The notes: generated by a model from the sequence alone, not told the origin. A DNA stretch of 63,791 bases, filler included, from Choristocarpus tenellus KU-1152 (GCA_964200185.2; 11 parts of 11 records of this genome joined end to end with filler, not necessarily neighbours in it), one strand, 5' to 3'; shown: positions 47,170 through 60,520, numbered from the whole stretch's first letter. A program made the numbers and translations.

Positions 47170-50100
47170 GCCTGCTGTGTGACTTGCTCTGGTCAGACCC
47201 AGACCGTGACATAATTGGCTGGGGGGAGAATGATAGGGGAGTATCATTCACATTTGGGGAGGACATTGTTGTTCAGTTCCTTCGTCGGCATGATCTCGAC
47301 CTTATCTGCCGAGCTCATCAGGTGCGTGAACCAGTAGTGCAGAAGCTGTACCATGGACTGTGCTGGTACCTGGACTGTGGACTGTACTTGCAGCAGTACC
47401 CGTAACTGTAACTGTAACTGTAACTGTAACTGCACTTTGTGGTGGGTTTTGTTGCCTGTTTGCTATATTTTATCATGTAAGTGTTTTGTTGGTTCTAGAG
47501 AGGTGCAAAATGTCGCGTGCCTTTTTGGTACAGTTTTTGCTTCTTTTTTTTTGCATTTCACTGTTTGAGGATTGAGAGATGGAGCTACTTGCTGGTATGG
47601 TTAGTTGTACATGTTGGGATGTTGGGGGTGATTGTTTCGGTGTGTTACTGTTGGTGTATATATGAGAGCTTTGCTTTTGGTTTGGGTGAGTATGTGCTGT
47701 CTTTCTCTGGTCCTGCTTTATGTTTCAAGTCAGGTGGGCCATTGTTGCACATGAGATTTGAAATAGGTGGGGATCTGCACTGTTTAGCATGTCCACCTTC
47801 TGGTGTCGTGTTGAAACAGTCGATTGCTATGGCCTTGCCCATCCTCAAAAGCTTATTTGTACCTGGCCAGCTGTAGGTCTGACCATGTTGAAGTATTTGA
47901 TGACTATGGATTCCGCCATGTTCAAAGTTGTATGTACCGGGCTGGTCGAAGGCCCGACCATGTTCTAGTAGTTGATGGCCATGGACCCGGTCATGTGAGA
48001 ACATTTCACCCATTCTCGACTGTGTAAAATTCATTTGACACACAGGCCGACCATGTCAAAGCAAAGTGCATTGCACTGACCCTTTCACTCTAAATTTGTG
48101 AAGAGTAACTACAGAATATTTTGTAAGCTGTTGTACTTGAGGAAATTTGAAATTTCGTTCCTAGTTCCTAGTTCCTAGTTCCTAGTTCCTAGTTCCTACT
48201 ATTTGTGTGTTGCTTTCTACTTACATATATTTGTCTGTAGATATGTATTACTTACTATACATAAAACAACTCCCTTGAAATTTAAATATTGTGGTATCTG
48301 ACCTTCGCAGATGATGTTGCGTGTAAGACCTGAAGACAGTCATTCATCAAGCGTCAAATGCTTGATGTTTTATGTACAGAGTAACTTTCCGCTCTTAGAT
48401 GTTTCCTGACTTTCTCAGAGCACGTACGCATGTGTGTACAATGATCTCCATTGTCTGAAAAAATAAATAAATACAACCGTGACGATTAAAAAGAACCGTT
48501 TAAAAAAAACTTTTGAAGTGGGACCATTTGACAACTCGACATGGCGATGATCTATAGCACGATATGCACATACAACCCCACCATGACCCCACCATGCACT
48601 TCTTATGTACATACCTTTTTGTGTAGAGTGGCCGAATAAAGGGAACGGGTCTGTTGGGAGTCAGTCTGGTCCAGGAGTAGGCCTGTTGGACCTTTGGACT
48701 GAATTGATACAGCACGTGCTGGACATGATCTTGAGATTTCAGAAAATTTAGACTGGCTGGCGGACATGGACAGATGTAGTCCCCAGTGTACTTGGACCAG
48801 ATAGGTTAAGAGGATGGTAAGGTACAGAACTGAACCTGCTGGCAGACATGGTCTGATAGTGTACCTGGTGGACATGGACCAGATATGTTAAGAGGATGGT
48901 AAGGTACAGAACTGAACCTGCTGGCGGACATGGACAGATGTAGTCCCCAGTGTACTTGGACCAGATATGTTAAGAGGATGGTAAGGTACAGAACTGAACC
49001 TGCTGGCAGACATGGTCTGATAGTGTACCTGGTGGACATGGACCAGGATATGTCATATAATGTTAGACCAGGTCCGGTTGTCGGATATGGACTGGTACAA
49101 TACCCAGTGGTCATGGACCAGACATGTTAGATGGTTTTGGGACCAGTCTAGCTAGACCCATGGATGGGACCATTTGCTTTTGCTGGTCCAGTGTAGGACC
49201 CTGAAAGTAGGCACTTTGCTCATTTGTGACCCTACCTGTATTTGCATCGATGAACAAGACCTTGTGTGTCTGAAGTGTTCGATCTACAGTCGATTCAGTG
49301 GAGTTGGAAAATATGATAAACTGGCTCTTTTTCCTCAAAAGAATGGACAGCTTTTGGATACGGGTTTTGTCTGGCCTTAGTGAGCATCGCCTCGCCTGTC
49401 ACGGGCTCCGATGAAGGTTTCTATATGGTACAGATAGGTCGGGCGTGTCTTTGTTTCCGCCACCGCCTTGAAAATGAAAAATAGCGTCACGTAAGGTTGT
49501 GTGGCGTGTTCGATCCCCCGTTGCTTGTGCGCTGTGATTCTGTGACAGTTGCTGCTATGACTGTGATCTATCTGTTCATGCAGACGAACCTCCTCATTTG
49601 TGTCACGTTCTTGTTTTGTTTTGATTTTGTTGATTTTGTGCAAAAGGTGGTGGAGGATGGGTATGAGTTCTTTGCTCGCCGTCACCTTGTGACGTTGTTC
49701 TCGGCGCCCAATTACTGTGGGGAATTTGACAATGCTGGGGCGATGATGAGCGTGGATGACACCCTCATGTGTTCATTCCAGGCAAGTTGGGTTGGGAGGA
49801 GTGGGGGGTGGATGGGGTCTTGTGAATCTCTTGTGAATCTCTTGTGAATCTCTTGTGAATCTCTTGTGAATCTCTTGTGAATCTTGTTGATCTTGTTGAT
49901 CTTGCGAACAGTTTGTGTGTGGCGTGGTTCGATTTTGGCGATGTGATTTGTTCGTTTAAAATGCAACTGTTTCTTGTAACTGGTTGAGATTATGTTTGCT
50001 GTTTAAACCATGTGTGTGTTGTTTTGATGGTGATGAACTGATATGATATACATACTTTTAATTATCAATATGTTTGTTTTATATTAATGTTTTAAGTGGT

Positions 50101-50324
50101 TTTTGGAACCTGTGACGAGGAAGTGGCATCCCTACCTCCCGTCCCCCCACCTTTTAATACGCTCCTCTCCTTCTATGAATATCACCTGTAACACTGAACA
50201 GATCTTAAAGCCTGCAGAGAAGAGGCAACGGTTCAATTATGCTGGTGTGAACCCGGGAGTGAACCCGGGAACTGCACGGCCTGTGACCCCTCCCCGAGTC
50301 CCCAACAATGCCTCTAGGCGTTGA
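47170..50324 (+). CDS. PPP1C: Serine/threonine protein phosphatase 1 catalytic subunit; last three exons
   Basis: Exon 47170-47321: [32 protein letters not shown]. Exon 49647-49781: [47 protein letters not shown] donor. Exon 50202-50324: ILKPAEK...RPVTPPR...*. Confidence 0.97.
48756..49046. repeat. 82-bp tandem repeat with ABAB higher-order (164-bp) structure in PP1 intron
   Basis: gctggc(g/a)gacatgg at 48756, 48838, 48920 and 49002, with two alternating 24-bp variable segments. Confidence 0.92.
49820..49885. repeat. 11-bp minisatellite (ttgtgaatctc)n; also (ctgtaa)n at ~47402-47431 and (cctagtt)n at ~48157-48198
   Basis: Direct inspection; all lie in PP1 introns. Confidence 0.9.
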
Positions 50325-51320
50325 CTCCATTTGATAGGAGATGGGGGGGGGGAGGGGGGGGAGAGGGAGAGTAGTCTGGGGCAGGTGTTAGACTTTAGTG
50401 TGAGTGGCACGGCTGGAGTCATAGGTATGGCAAAGGGAGGGCGGAGGAGACTGGTTCGATTTGAGGGCAAACTTGTCAAGGAGGATGTTAAGACTGTGTG
50501 CAGTCTTCATCCCCGGCTGTGACCCTGCCAGGAACAGGGGTCCTTGCTGTGTCAACTACCCCTTCAACCATCTCCCCTCCCCCCCTCCCCTATCCTCCTC
50601 ACACATAGTTTTGTGTGTGTTGTCTCAAGATGTGGGGATTGGGGAGGTTTTCCCTTCTGCACCCTCCCCCGCTCTCCCCATCCCCCACCCATGTTTTGTT
50701 TTCTTGGATGCTAATTTCTGGCTCCCTGCCTCATTTCTTACGCCGATCATTGCTGTAGTACATGGAAATCCCCCTCAGGTCTAACCTTCTGCCCTCCCCC
50801 CCAATTCCCCATTCTCTCAGTGCCCCTGGTACTTAGTGAGGGGGTAGGATGGAGAGGTGGTGGGTAAAAGCTTTAGTAGTCTACCAGTGCAGTTTAGCCC
50901 TGGTGGACTGAATGGTGGATGGGGTATGTGTGATGCCTGTTGCATAGGAGGCGGGTTCATTACAAGTTTATTGGGGCAGAAGCAGGGTCTTGGGGAAGAG
51001 GAGGTTTGCTCTTGTGAGGTGGATGTCATGTGGCAGGATCTGCAGGTGATTGCCATGTTGGGTGATTCGATTCTTCTCTGTATTGACACATGTGTTTCAG
51101 GCTGGTGATTGGTTAACTATGCAAGCATTCACATTGGGAACCATGTGTTCGGGAGGAATGGAAAAGAGAGTGATGGGCTAGTCACGGGTGTGTATGGAAG
51201 TATGTGGCTGGCGGATGGAGATGGGCTCGTGGATGAGAGGGGAAGAAAGCAGGAGCATCTCTTGGCTTGTCTGAGATAACTGTTACGTGAACAGAGGGCA
51301 TCCAGATTTACACTGGGTTA

Positions 51321-51355
<35 letters not shown>

Positions 51356-51847
51356 GAGATGGAGAGGGGGGGGGGGGGGGGGGGGGNNNNNNNNNNNNNN
51401 NNNNNNNNNNNNNNNNNNNNNNNNNNNNNNTTAATTAATTAANNNNNNNNNNNNNNNNNNNNNNNNNNNNNNNNNNNNNNNNNNNNACGGACGCCCCCTC
51501 ACAAACCACCCCCCCCCCCAGATACTTTGAGCCGACAGGATGAAGAGGCCAGGGCTGGACCAAATATTTCAGAGTACTTCATATATGCTGAGTGTAATTG
51601 TGTATACGCCATCATTGGAAAGTTCAACAATAGCTGGCCTCATACTTGATGGAGGTTTATTGAAATGTGAAGCAAACCACTTGACAGATTGTTGTGTCCA
51701 GGCATACTGAGGGGAAAGAATTTGTACTTAATAGATGATTGTTGTTCTCCTAAACACCTCCTTTAAGACTTGAAATGAATTGAGCTCTATAGCCCTTGCA
51801 AAAATTGAGATTGATGTGCATCATCTTTGCTCGATCAACCTTCCACT

Positions 51848-52121
51848 GAGTCAAACTAAGCGAGAGAGTAACCAAAGTTACATTTTAAGGATGCTGACAA
51901 ATATGTGTAAAAATATTTGTGTGTGTATGTGTGTGTTTTACAAAATACACATGGGATATTTTCTGAATTCCGTCAAAAGTTCTCAAACAATAGAGAAATG
52001 AATGCTCTCAAGCCAAACTTAGCACTTCATCTATAGAAATATGGGTGAATTGCGTAAGATTGGAAAACTGGTTTACCACGCAAAACGGCCAAGCCTAGGT
52101 ACCTATCACTTACTTTAACTC
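51848..52121 (+). mobile_element. MITE family D full copy
   Basis: GAGTCAAACTAAGCGAGAG...GGTACCTATCACTTACTTTAACTC, the reverse complement of 23069-23327. Flanks ACT / GCT. A further D-like end lies at ~55215-55281. Confidence 0.8.
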
Positions 52122-52425
52122 GCTGGAGACTATGTCTATGCAATTCCGACTGCATCAGCTATAACTGTATAACCTATTGGCATGATTTCTTCTTCAGGCA
52201 GTACCCACAGAAAATGCACAACAATTCTAGGGGAATGCAGTATACCCAACCCTAGCCCTGAGCAGGCTCTTAGCCAGGAAAGCAGCATCAACCTTAGTGA
52301 AATTTCCATCCAAGTATACCTGGCGAAGAGAAATGAGCTGAAATGAACACATTCGACAAGGTAACGTAGAGCTGGGTTTTCATTGTGTCCGCACTTGTTC
52401 TTGCTCCGAATTTTCTTATCTGTAG

Positions 52426-54908
52426 GCGGTGGAGGAACTAGCCATGGGGGATGATGGATGGCGGTATGTGATTTCAGAGGAGGTAGAGGAACAAGTTCAG
52501 TTCGCAAATGCTGAAGGTCCTGGGGCCAGTTCCGAAACTGCGCAGTCAAAAAATATCAAGAGCACTGATGGTCAGGAAGAGGGATGTGAGGAGAGGGGTC
52601 CGAGCATCGATGACTTGAGGGCTCTCATTGTGAAACTTGCCCGGCGGGAGGATAGGTGAAAGAAATATATGCTGAGGCGTCAGACTAAGTAGAAATAATA
52701 GTGTAATACTCCAGGATATATTTTTTATACTAGCACACTTCCTCCCACTTCAAGATCTTGTGTCAATGCAAGAGATTGTACTCATTTCATTTCCTGACAT
52801 CTCCTATCTGAGCGTTTAAAAAAATAGAAAACTAATTGTACTTGGCCCTCATTCATGACCTCCCCTGCACGCCAACACTTACCCCTTGTGTTCCAATACA
52901 CATGCTCACAGCATCTGCCCCCCCCCCACACACACTACTCCTTCACCTACATCCTTTGTAATGAATAAGAAAGGTATGAACAGAGTCTTAACAGAATCCG
53001 AAGGCAGCTGGAAGATACTGCACGGGACCTGCTTGCCATTGTAAGGGAAGAGGAGGAAGTCACCTTTGGATATGCCCTTGGGCATGCTTGGAATGGACTT
53101 GTGGTTGAGCGTCCTGCGGAGTCTGCTTTGAAAGGAACACAAGATATTGATGATGTATCAAAGAGTGATGAGTCAGGGTTGGGAGAGTCAGAAATAGGTG
53201 GCCAATCTAATGGTGGTGTAGCCAATGAAGGGAAACGGACTCAAGGAAACAAAATCTCTGCAGGAGGAGAGGAAGAAAAGTCAAGCGCTGGTGCTACCAG
53301 TGGTGTAGAGCATGCAAGAAGCACTCTTGTGGAAGGCGCTGTGAACACTAGCTCAGCATTAGTAGTTGCGTCTGCTGACCAAAACAATGCCAGGGCAGGA
53401 GAGCAGACTGCTGGAGATGTGCAAGGGGAGGGAGAGGGGGCGGGGCCCAGATTGACTGAGTTTGATGATAGTGTAGAGACAAAAGGCTCCACAGGTGGTG
53501 AGGAAATATCTTCTCCTGTTCGTTTTCAGCCGCAATCCACAGATGAACAGATGCTTGACAATAGGAACTACAATACCCTTCCCAGGGGCATGGTGGAGCG
53601 GGTGGGGACACGTGCATTCCCAAGGGCAGAGGGTGTTTGGTGTGACGCCTTCCATGCGCTGGCAGCAGAAGCAGTGTGGGCTGGGTACACTGGGTCAGAT
53701 ATCGTATCCATGCCCCCTCTAGCTGTGTGGGACCCAAGGGGAGGTGATCGTTGGGGCACTGCAGCTTTCTTTGCCCAGCGACTTGGGGAGAGGGAGGATG
53801 AAAATATCCCAGAGTTGCCTGTGAAAAGTCCCATACTGATCAAGCAGGGGAGGGGCGTACTTGCAACAGCCACAGTCAGGCACACGGCTGCTCGATCATC
53901 ACGGCTTGCTGCTATGAGTTCTAGAAGGAGATTTTTCAGGGAAGCAGCAGCAGCAGCAGCAGATGAGGTATAAATGGGTTTCCGAAGGGATGGTGGTGTT
54001 CATTAGAGTCGAAACACAGGTCCAGGACACAGAAAATGGAACCTGAACGAAAATGTATAGAATGAAAAGATCAGAGGAGCAGGGAGCGACACTATGGAGT
54101 ACGCGGTTGCACTTGTCATGATCAAGATCTTGTATTCTTGCTGGTCCTCAAGGGTTGGACATAGACTTTGTTGAGTGCTGGAAGGCGACCTGTTTCTCCA
54201 CCTACACCCCAACTTGGAAGCACAACAATATCCTAGAGTATTGCAGTCCTATCATTAGTGCCTTTGAATTTACTATACTGCAAAACATGTATCATGTCAA
54301 CCCACAACTGACAACCAAAGTGCTAGCGGCTCCCAGTCAGAATCGATCATCCCAAACAATCTAAACATTTTCATCCCCATAAGGGAAATAAAGTCTCCAC
54401 ACTGATGCAATCTCTCTGTATAGTTCCTTTCCTTCAGTGCCAAACTCCGTAAACATTCCATAATATCCCCCGTGCTCCATTTTTTTTTCCCAATTCACAG
54501 GCACGCCAACATATGGCACAAGCTGCTCAGCACCAATCAACTACCTGTGTTACCCAAAGTGATAGTTCCAGGAACCTTTTCGCCTCTCCAGGAACCATCA
54601 CCACCCCTGTGTCTGTAACGGCATCATCTGTAACTGTTTCTCCTGTAGTACAAGAAACATCAGAAGTCAAACCATCTACAGATGTCAGGACGAGGAGGGG
54701 AAGTTCTGACCCAATGGGTCACATAGTGGGTAGATATGAAGACAAGATGCTTGTGTCCGGGAATGGGAATGAAAAAAGCGTTGGGAAAGACAAGATTTTG
54801 CTACCAAGCCCCCTGCTAGTGTACAAGTCTGCCATCCCTGTGCATGCAGCAAACTCATCTGGCGTAGCAGAGCAGCTTCAAATACCGGATGATTGGGAAG
54901 ACCCTGAG
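52426..54908 (+). CDS. Hypothetical, largely low-complexity protein; internal exons
   Basis: Phase-consistent exons 52426-52655, 52974-53967 (about 1 kb open) and 54501-54908. Short helical or aromatic islands (IDDLRALIVKLARREDRYEQSLNRIRRQLE; GVWCDAFHALAAEAVWAGY...WDPRGGDRWGTAAFF). No family recognised. Confidence 0.75.
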
Positions 54909-55639
54909 GTAAGAATACAGCGTGACAATCTCTTGCCTTGCTCTTTTTTGTAAAGCACTGGCTCAGAGTATCTGGGGGGGGGGTTGCGGCTGTCCATTTG
55001 GGGTCAATTTTTTCATTTCGCGATTATTGGGNNNNNNNNNNNNNNNNNNNNNNNNNNNNNNNNNNNNNNNNNNNNTTAATTAATTAANNNNNNNNNNNNN
55101 NNNNNNNNNNNNNNNNNNNNNNNNNNNNNNNCTGACGTTCGATAATCTGGGAATTGGATTTGAGTTGTACATCCTGGAAGGTGAGCATTGAGGGGCGCCT
55201 GTAACAGAATTGAAAAAGATGAGAAAAGTGCCTAAACTGCAAAACGCCCAAAACCTGGGTACCTCTCGTTTACTTTGAATCAATACTCTCACACCCAGTC
55301 ATCATAAGAGTGATGTTGTAGGATACGATATGATACCATAACACTCAATTCTTTATTGTCATTCATTACATTAGTCTAAGCTATCTCAGACCAGTGGTCG
55401 AAAAGGTAGTATAAAGAAGGCAGTACACATTGGTTGAGAAAATGGAACATGGATCCTAGAAGAAAAAAAAAGGAGTGGAAGAAAGAAAAGAAAAGAACAG
55501 AACCCTCAGGAGAAAAGCACCATCACCCAAAAAAGATAACGGGAAAGGGAAAGAACAAAGGATAGAAAAGAAATCACTCCAAAAAGAAAACACCATTCAG
55601 CAGACGGTGATAGTGGTGGTGTTGGTGGCGTGGGCGACC

Positions 55640-57320
55640 AACCCTAGCTACGCCCTTGGTGTACCTGCTATTGCAGATTCCTTGAATGCCACTCGACCTT
55701 GAAGGTCGTTGTGTCATTACCTGCAACCCTCGTTCTCCAACCCTCAACTCCAATCCCAAACCTGTCAAGGTTATCTTGAGAAAGCGTGTCCTCCAGTTCT
55801 TCTCCTCTCCACCTTGCTTTGGTTTTTCAGTCGCAAGCTTCCCAAGCATCAACACATTAGGAAGTCGTTCATCACCCAAACAAGCATCTGACCCAGCAAT
55901 AGGAGTCGCTACTTGCGCACTGTTGCTTTGATGCTCTCACACGCAGTCATCAGAAGAGCATCTTCTAGGATAGGACATTATGCATGACGTCAAGAGGGAT
56001 ACTTAAAAATTCTGGACAAAAAGAAAGAAAGAAGAGAAAGTATTACGATATATATGACAGAACGTTGAGTACTACAGCTTTGACCATTTGATTCTTAGCT
56101 TCAGTGAGACATCTGAGATCTTGTCACAAACTACTTGGCTGTATTTGCGAAAACAACTCCTTGATCCTCCGTCTGATCTCAACAGTTTTAGTGGCATTGC
56201 CACTGATGGTTCCCCCAACATAAATGGACATATCAGTTTGCTTGTAGGTCTGGTTCAGTGCCTGGATCTGCATCGGCATCCTGATTAGGAGGTCGACTAC
56301 ACATAGTCTCTGTCAATAATGCCAAAACAGTTAGGCTGAATGATCTAGCCACCTTCACAAGCACAGTCATAAACCTGGACAAAACCTCCTTGAGTGTTGA
56401 AGTATCCTGAGAGACTCGCGCGAGCATCAGCGTTTTCTATAGACTTGTGGATTGGAGCTATACATCATGTGGAGGTAAGTTTCTGGAGCGTGTTGTAACA
56501 CTGCATCATCAGCAAAACGCATACCTCACGAATGTCGCCCAAGTGTTGACAACTCCCTGGTGCTCCCCCTCCTCTTGTCTATTTGCTTGTACCCACTCTC
56601 TCGATGATGACCACAGGGTCCTTGAAGATGTCCAGGTCAGAGGTGAACTCATTGACTGCGATACTTAGCACTGCATTGAATAAGGTGTTGAAAAGGATCG
56701 AAGCACGATCAGAATCCTGCCAAAGCCCCTGTCCAACCTCTAAACAGTCTGTACACTCACCATCATCCATGTGAACACATGCTTGCATGCCATTGTGGAA
56801 TGGGTGGATAAAAATATTCTTCAGAGGTATGCAAATTTGGCAGCACAACTCACAGGAAATCACAGTCAACGGAGTTACATGCTTTCTGTATATTGATGAA
56901 GCAAATGAAGAGGGGTGCATGCTTTCCCGGTCAAGCCCTTGGATGACGCCTAACCCTAAGTGCACATAATGTCGACTGTGGAGCGTCAGGGCTGAAACCA
57001 CTGTTTCTCATGAAGGATGTTCTCCAGCATGTGCCACCAGTGAGACGACCCTGTAGCTGCCACAAACAGTGCTGCCCTTCTTCTTGCAGAGTACGGTGAT
57101 GACCGCATCTGTCCAGATCTGTGGGACAGCTTCCTGGGTTTGACACCCAACACAACCCCACGGATGGAAACCCAGAAGGACAGTCACATCCCACTGTACA
57201 CCAAGCTTTAGGAACTCAATGGAAGACTGGAGATTGTCAAGACCCACAGCCTTCCCATTCTCCGTTGCCCAGAGTGCTCCAGCCACTTCCATACTCACTA
57301 GTGTAGTAGCGAGGGTCATT
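55640..57320 (-). mobile_element. Decayed RTE-clade non-LTR retrotransposon (reverse transcriptase and C-terminus)
   Basis: WTDAVITVLCKKKGSTVCGSYRVVSLVAHAG (from WKDAxIxxLxKKxDxxxCGNYRGISL), GFSPxxST, FHNGMQACVHMDDG..VGQGLWQ..LFNTLF and MGDERLPNVLMLGKL, with many stops and frameshifts. Confidence 0.9.
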
Positions 57321-59939
57321 GATATGTTTCATTGATCAAGGGCTTTGGCACTATGAAGGTTGAGATCAACGACTTGATACTAGGAAGCACTGTGAAGTGT
57401 TTCCTATACAGCATATTTTACCCCCAGTATAATACTGGAGACGCGAACATACTTAACGCGATGTTATTAAAATTTAAAACGTAGTGCCAATCACACCAGT
57501 CCAAAACATATACTGCATAGTACAGCACTTGTGTAATGCTCGTAAGACTTTAGTCCTATAAGTACAGAATGTAAATACGTTGTCTTTTTAGCATAACATA
57601 CATGATACCATTACAAAAAATATAATGTTTCAACACTACTATGTTAAAGGAAAACATAAATAAGCCCCTCTGGGACGGGCTGGACTCTTCAGGGGTTTGC
57701 ACATCAGACAATGGAGGAGAGGAGGTAGCGTGGGATGACTCCTTGCGTCTTTCCGCTCAAGGGAGCTAAATATTTAATATTAGTTAGAAGAGGAAGTGAA
57801 GGTGTGGTGTCAAAATCTGACTACAACTCTGGTTTAGTGTTTGTGATAGTGGCTCTGTTGTTGTCGTATTGTAGTCCATACATTTAAGCTCTAGCGTTCT
57901 TCTATTGCATTGCTGTTTTGTTTTTGTTGTTTTCTTCGTACTTTTTTTTCCTACATGAAATGTGCGTAGATGGTCCTGCTAATACACTATAGACACCACC
58001 GGTGGATTATTTAAATGGAGAGCCAGTGACATATATCATATGTCCTGACTCATAGTGTCCATTGATTTCTGTGTTATGTTCAAGATACACTTACTATACT
58101 TAAGACAAGCAAATAAGTGATTCATAGTAAAGTAGTGTGGACGATTGCAAACCCCACACTACTATAGGAATAGTAATAAAAGTCTAGGCTTGCCTCACCA
58201 CACCTATTCAGTCAGCGGAATCGAGGCCATAATAAGCCTTTTGTAACACTACTATTGCATATCTACATTAAAGCTATTAATTGTCCTCCATCAAAGCACC
58301 AAAGCCGCGGATCCAGTGTGGAATATTTCAACATGACAATCTCTAAAACATGTCAAGTGGGCAAGATAATCAAATGATCTGATAGGACTCAAACTGCAAC
58401 CTACTCCCAAAGAAAAATATCAAATCCTGTGCTGGAACGTACATAAAGACAGATGAATGGATAAATGGATAGTAATATATTTCTTGCTTTTTGACTGGAA
58501 GTATGTGAGAGACAAAACGTAAGCTGTAAAGAGTCGTTGATAGTAAGATTTTGTATGGTTCTCAAGATTTTTTATTTCTGATACAAGACGTGCGAACCCA
58601 CAGGCGAGAGCGTACGGCGAAGGAGGAGATATAGTGCTGGTATTAAGGTAAAGTAGGATAGCAATTTGGAATTTGTAGGTTGTGTAGATATATATGTATA
58701 GCAAGTCTCAGTTTTCAATCAATAATCAGAAAGAGGAAAAACAGGTTTATAGGAGAGTTGGTAGATTTGTAAAGGATGGAATTACTTGGTCATACACAGT
58801 TCGTAGATGAGAGGGATTCAAAAAGCCAGTACTGGTGAGTTTCCTATTATTCAGGATGATTATGTGTCTGCGAGCGCGCGGAAGAGTCCCGTGATGAGGA
58901 GAGATGCTACGTAGACAAGGGGCCTCCTTTGCAACCAAAGGAACAGAGGGAGGTGTCTGGGTATTCCCTCATTTCAGGTGCCCACAATCACGTGTAAAGG
59001 GTCAACCCTGGGCAAATTTTGGTTAGCAATGGTCAACCTTTGATCAATGATGCAAGAAGAAAAATGCCGTGAGAGGTGTCACCACACATACAACCCGCGT
59101 TATCACAAATCGTTTGGAAGTAGACCTCCCCCCCGCAGCATCTACGTTGGATGTCACGCATACGCCGCTTCTGGACCTGCAAGGATCATTCATACGTGGC
59201 CTCACAGCTCCTGCAATGGGTTCATCTCAACAGTGCATTCAGGAAGGTCTGGTGTAATCTCTAAAATGGAATTGGTGCCGTAGAAAGAATGTCAGAAGGC
59301 GCATCACTGACCTCAGTGTATAAGTGTGGGCACAAATTGCGGTTGAGTGACGGCCTTACGTTGAATCAAATTTAACAGCATGCAAAGGGTCAAGTGCAAA
59401 GGAGAGTTACACTATACAAATGAGTGAGAAAGACGAACAAGACAGGTAGATGCATATTTTCAGTGTATTGAAGGTCAAGTTTGCTCTTCCGCCTACTCCT
59501 TACGTAGAAATTCTTATCTATATCCACAACCCCTCAAAGTCTATCGAACCTTCATTCCCCATAACTGAGGGGTGATGAAGAGGGAGAGGGAGTAATAACG
59601 CATAGTGGGTATTCAGTCATTCTTCTCTCTCACCAAAGGCCCTTGGTACCAACTCCACCACCTATGCAAGGCCCTTCATCTGCACTCCCAAGTGTGGGTA
59701 CTCAAGCCTCAGAGGTAGTGGAAGTCCTGGACGAGGTTGAAGAAGATGGTGAAGGCCAAGTGTCCACATTTGAATGAGGATGCAATTGGGTCCATTGGGC
59801 TGGGGATGGGTGTGCCGGACGCCTCAATACCATACCTAGATTCCACTACCCTCCTGGAAAGTAGGTTCGATTACACTGAACTATCTATCCCCTGGTCATC
59901 CGTGCACAACCAGTAGTCACGTCTTGGTCATTCATCGTA

Positions 59940-60520
59940 AGTCGCGGAAAAGCAACACTAGACACAATGGATGGGTCTGAACCGGGATATGTGCACGTAT
60001 AGCCACGAAAGACGGGAAGGCTGGCAAAGCATGATCCAACCTCACTTTCAGTCTAAGGCCACTGGTATCCTTGAACGTGCGACCTGGTCCACTCAAGACA
60101 AAACAAGCTGTCTCCCTTGCTGTCAACTAACCCACATCCAGATGGTGACCCGGTCCAATGAATACATCGCCAAGTCAACGATGATGTATAACCTGCAATT
60201 GTTTAATGTAAACAAGAAGCTGCTGCACATAGCCCTGCAGGTAGACATGTACAAAAGGATCACCCTCCTTATCTCAAAGGAGGACATTCCAGGACTGAAG
60301 CACATCTTTGCCCAAGCACTGCAAAGTTCTTGTGGGAAGGTCTTGGACAAGGTGGCGCAGGCAATGCAAGGAACGTACCTTGCCCGTGGTTATGAATCAA
60401 AATGCCACAACGTTTCGTTGGTTGTGCTCAAGATCGGAGGACCATCATTGTTAATGTTCTTCAACCGAGCATCAGCCTGCCAAGCATGTCTCATGTGCAC
60501 AGGCCCCTGAAGGACAGGAT
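59940..60520 (+). pseudogene. Relic of a P-element-like (unclassified) transposase N-terminal region
   Basis: ORF 59971-60510: YKRITLLISKEDIPGLKHIFAQAL..KVLDKVAQAMQGTYLARGY....VSLVVLKIGGPSLL. A one-base frameshift then restores LPSMSHVHR, matching the GGPxL...LPSxSxxR pattern recalled from P/THAP9-like transposase relatives. Confidence 0.5.

Noticed and set aside
48756-49046. CRISPR-like repeat-spacer array
   Set aside because: The constant part is ~58 bp, only two variable segments alternate, it lies in a eukaryotic intron and no cas genes are present.
13338-50324. Apparent cluster of ciliary and signalling genes (dynein-2, WDR17, PARP, PP1)
   Set aside because: Each is on a separate contig, so there is no evidence of linkage.
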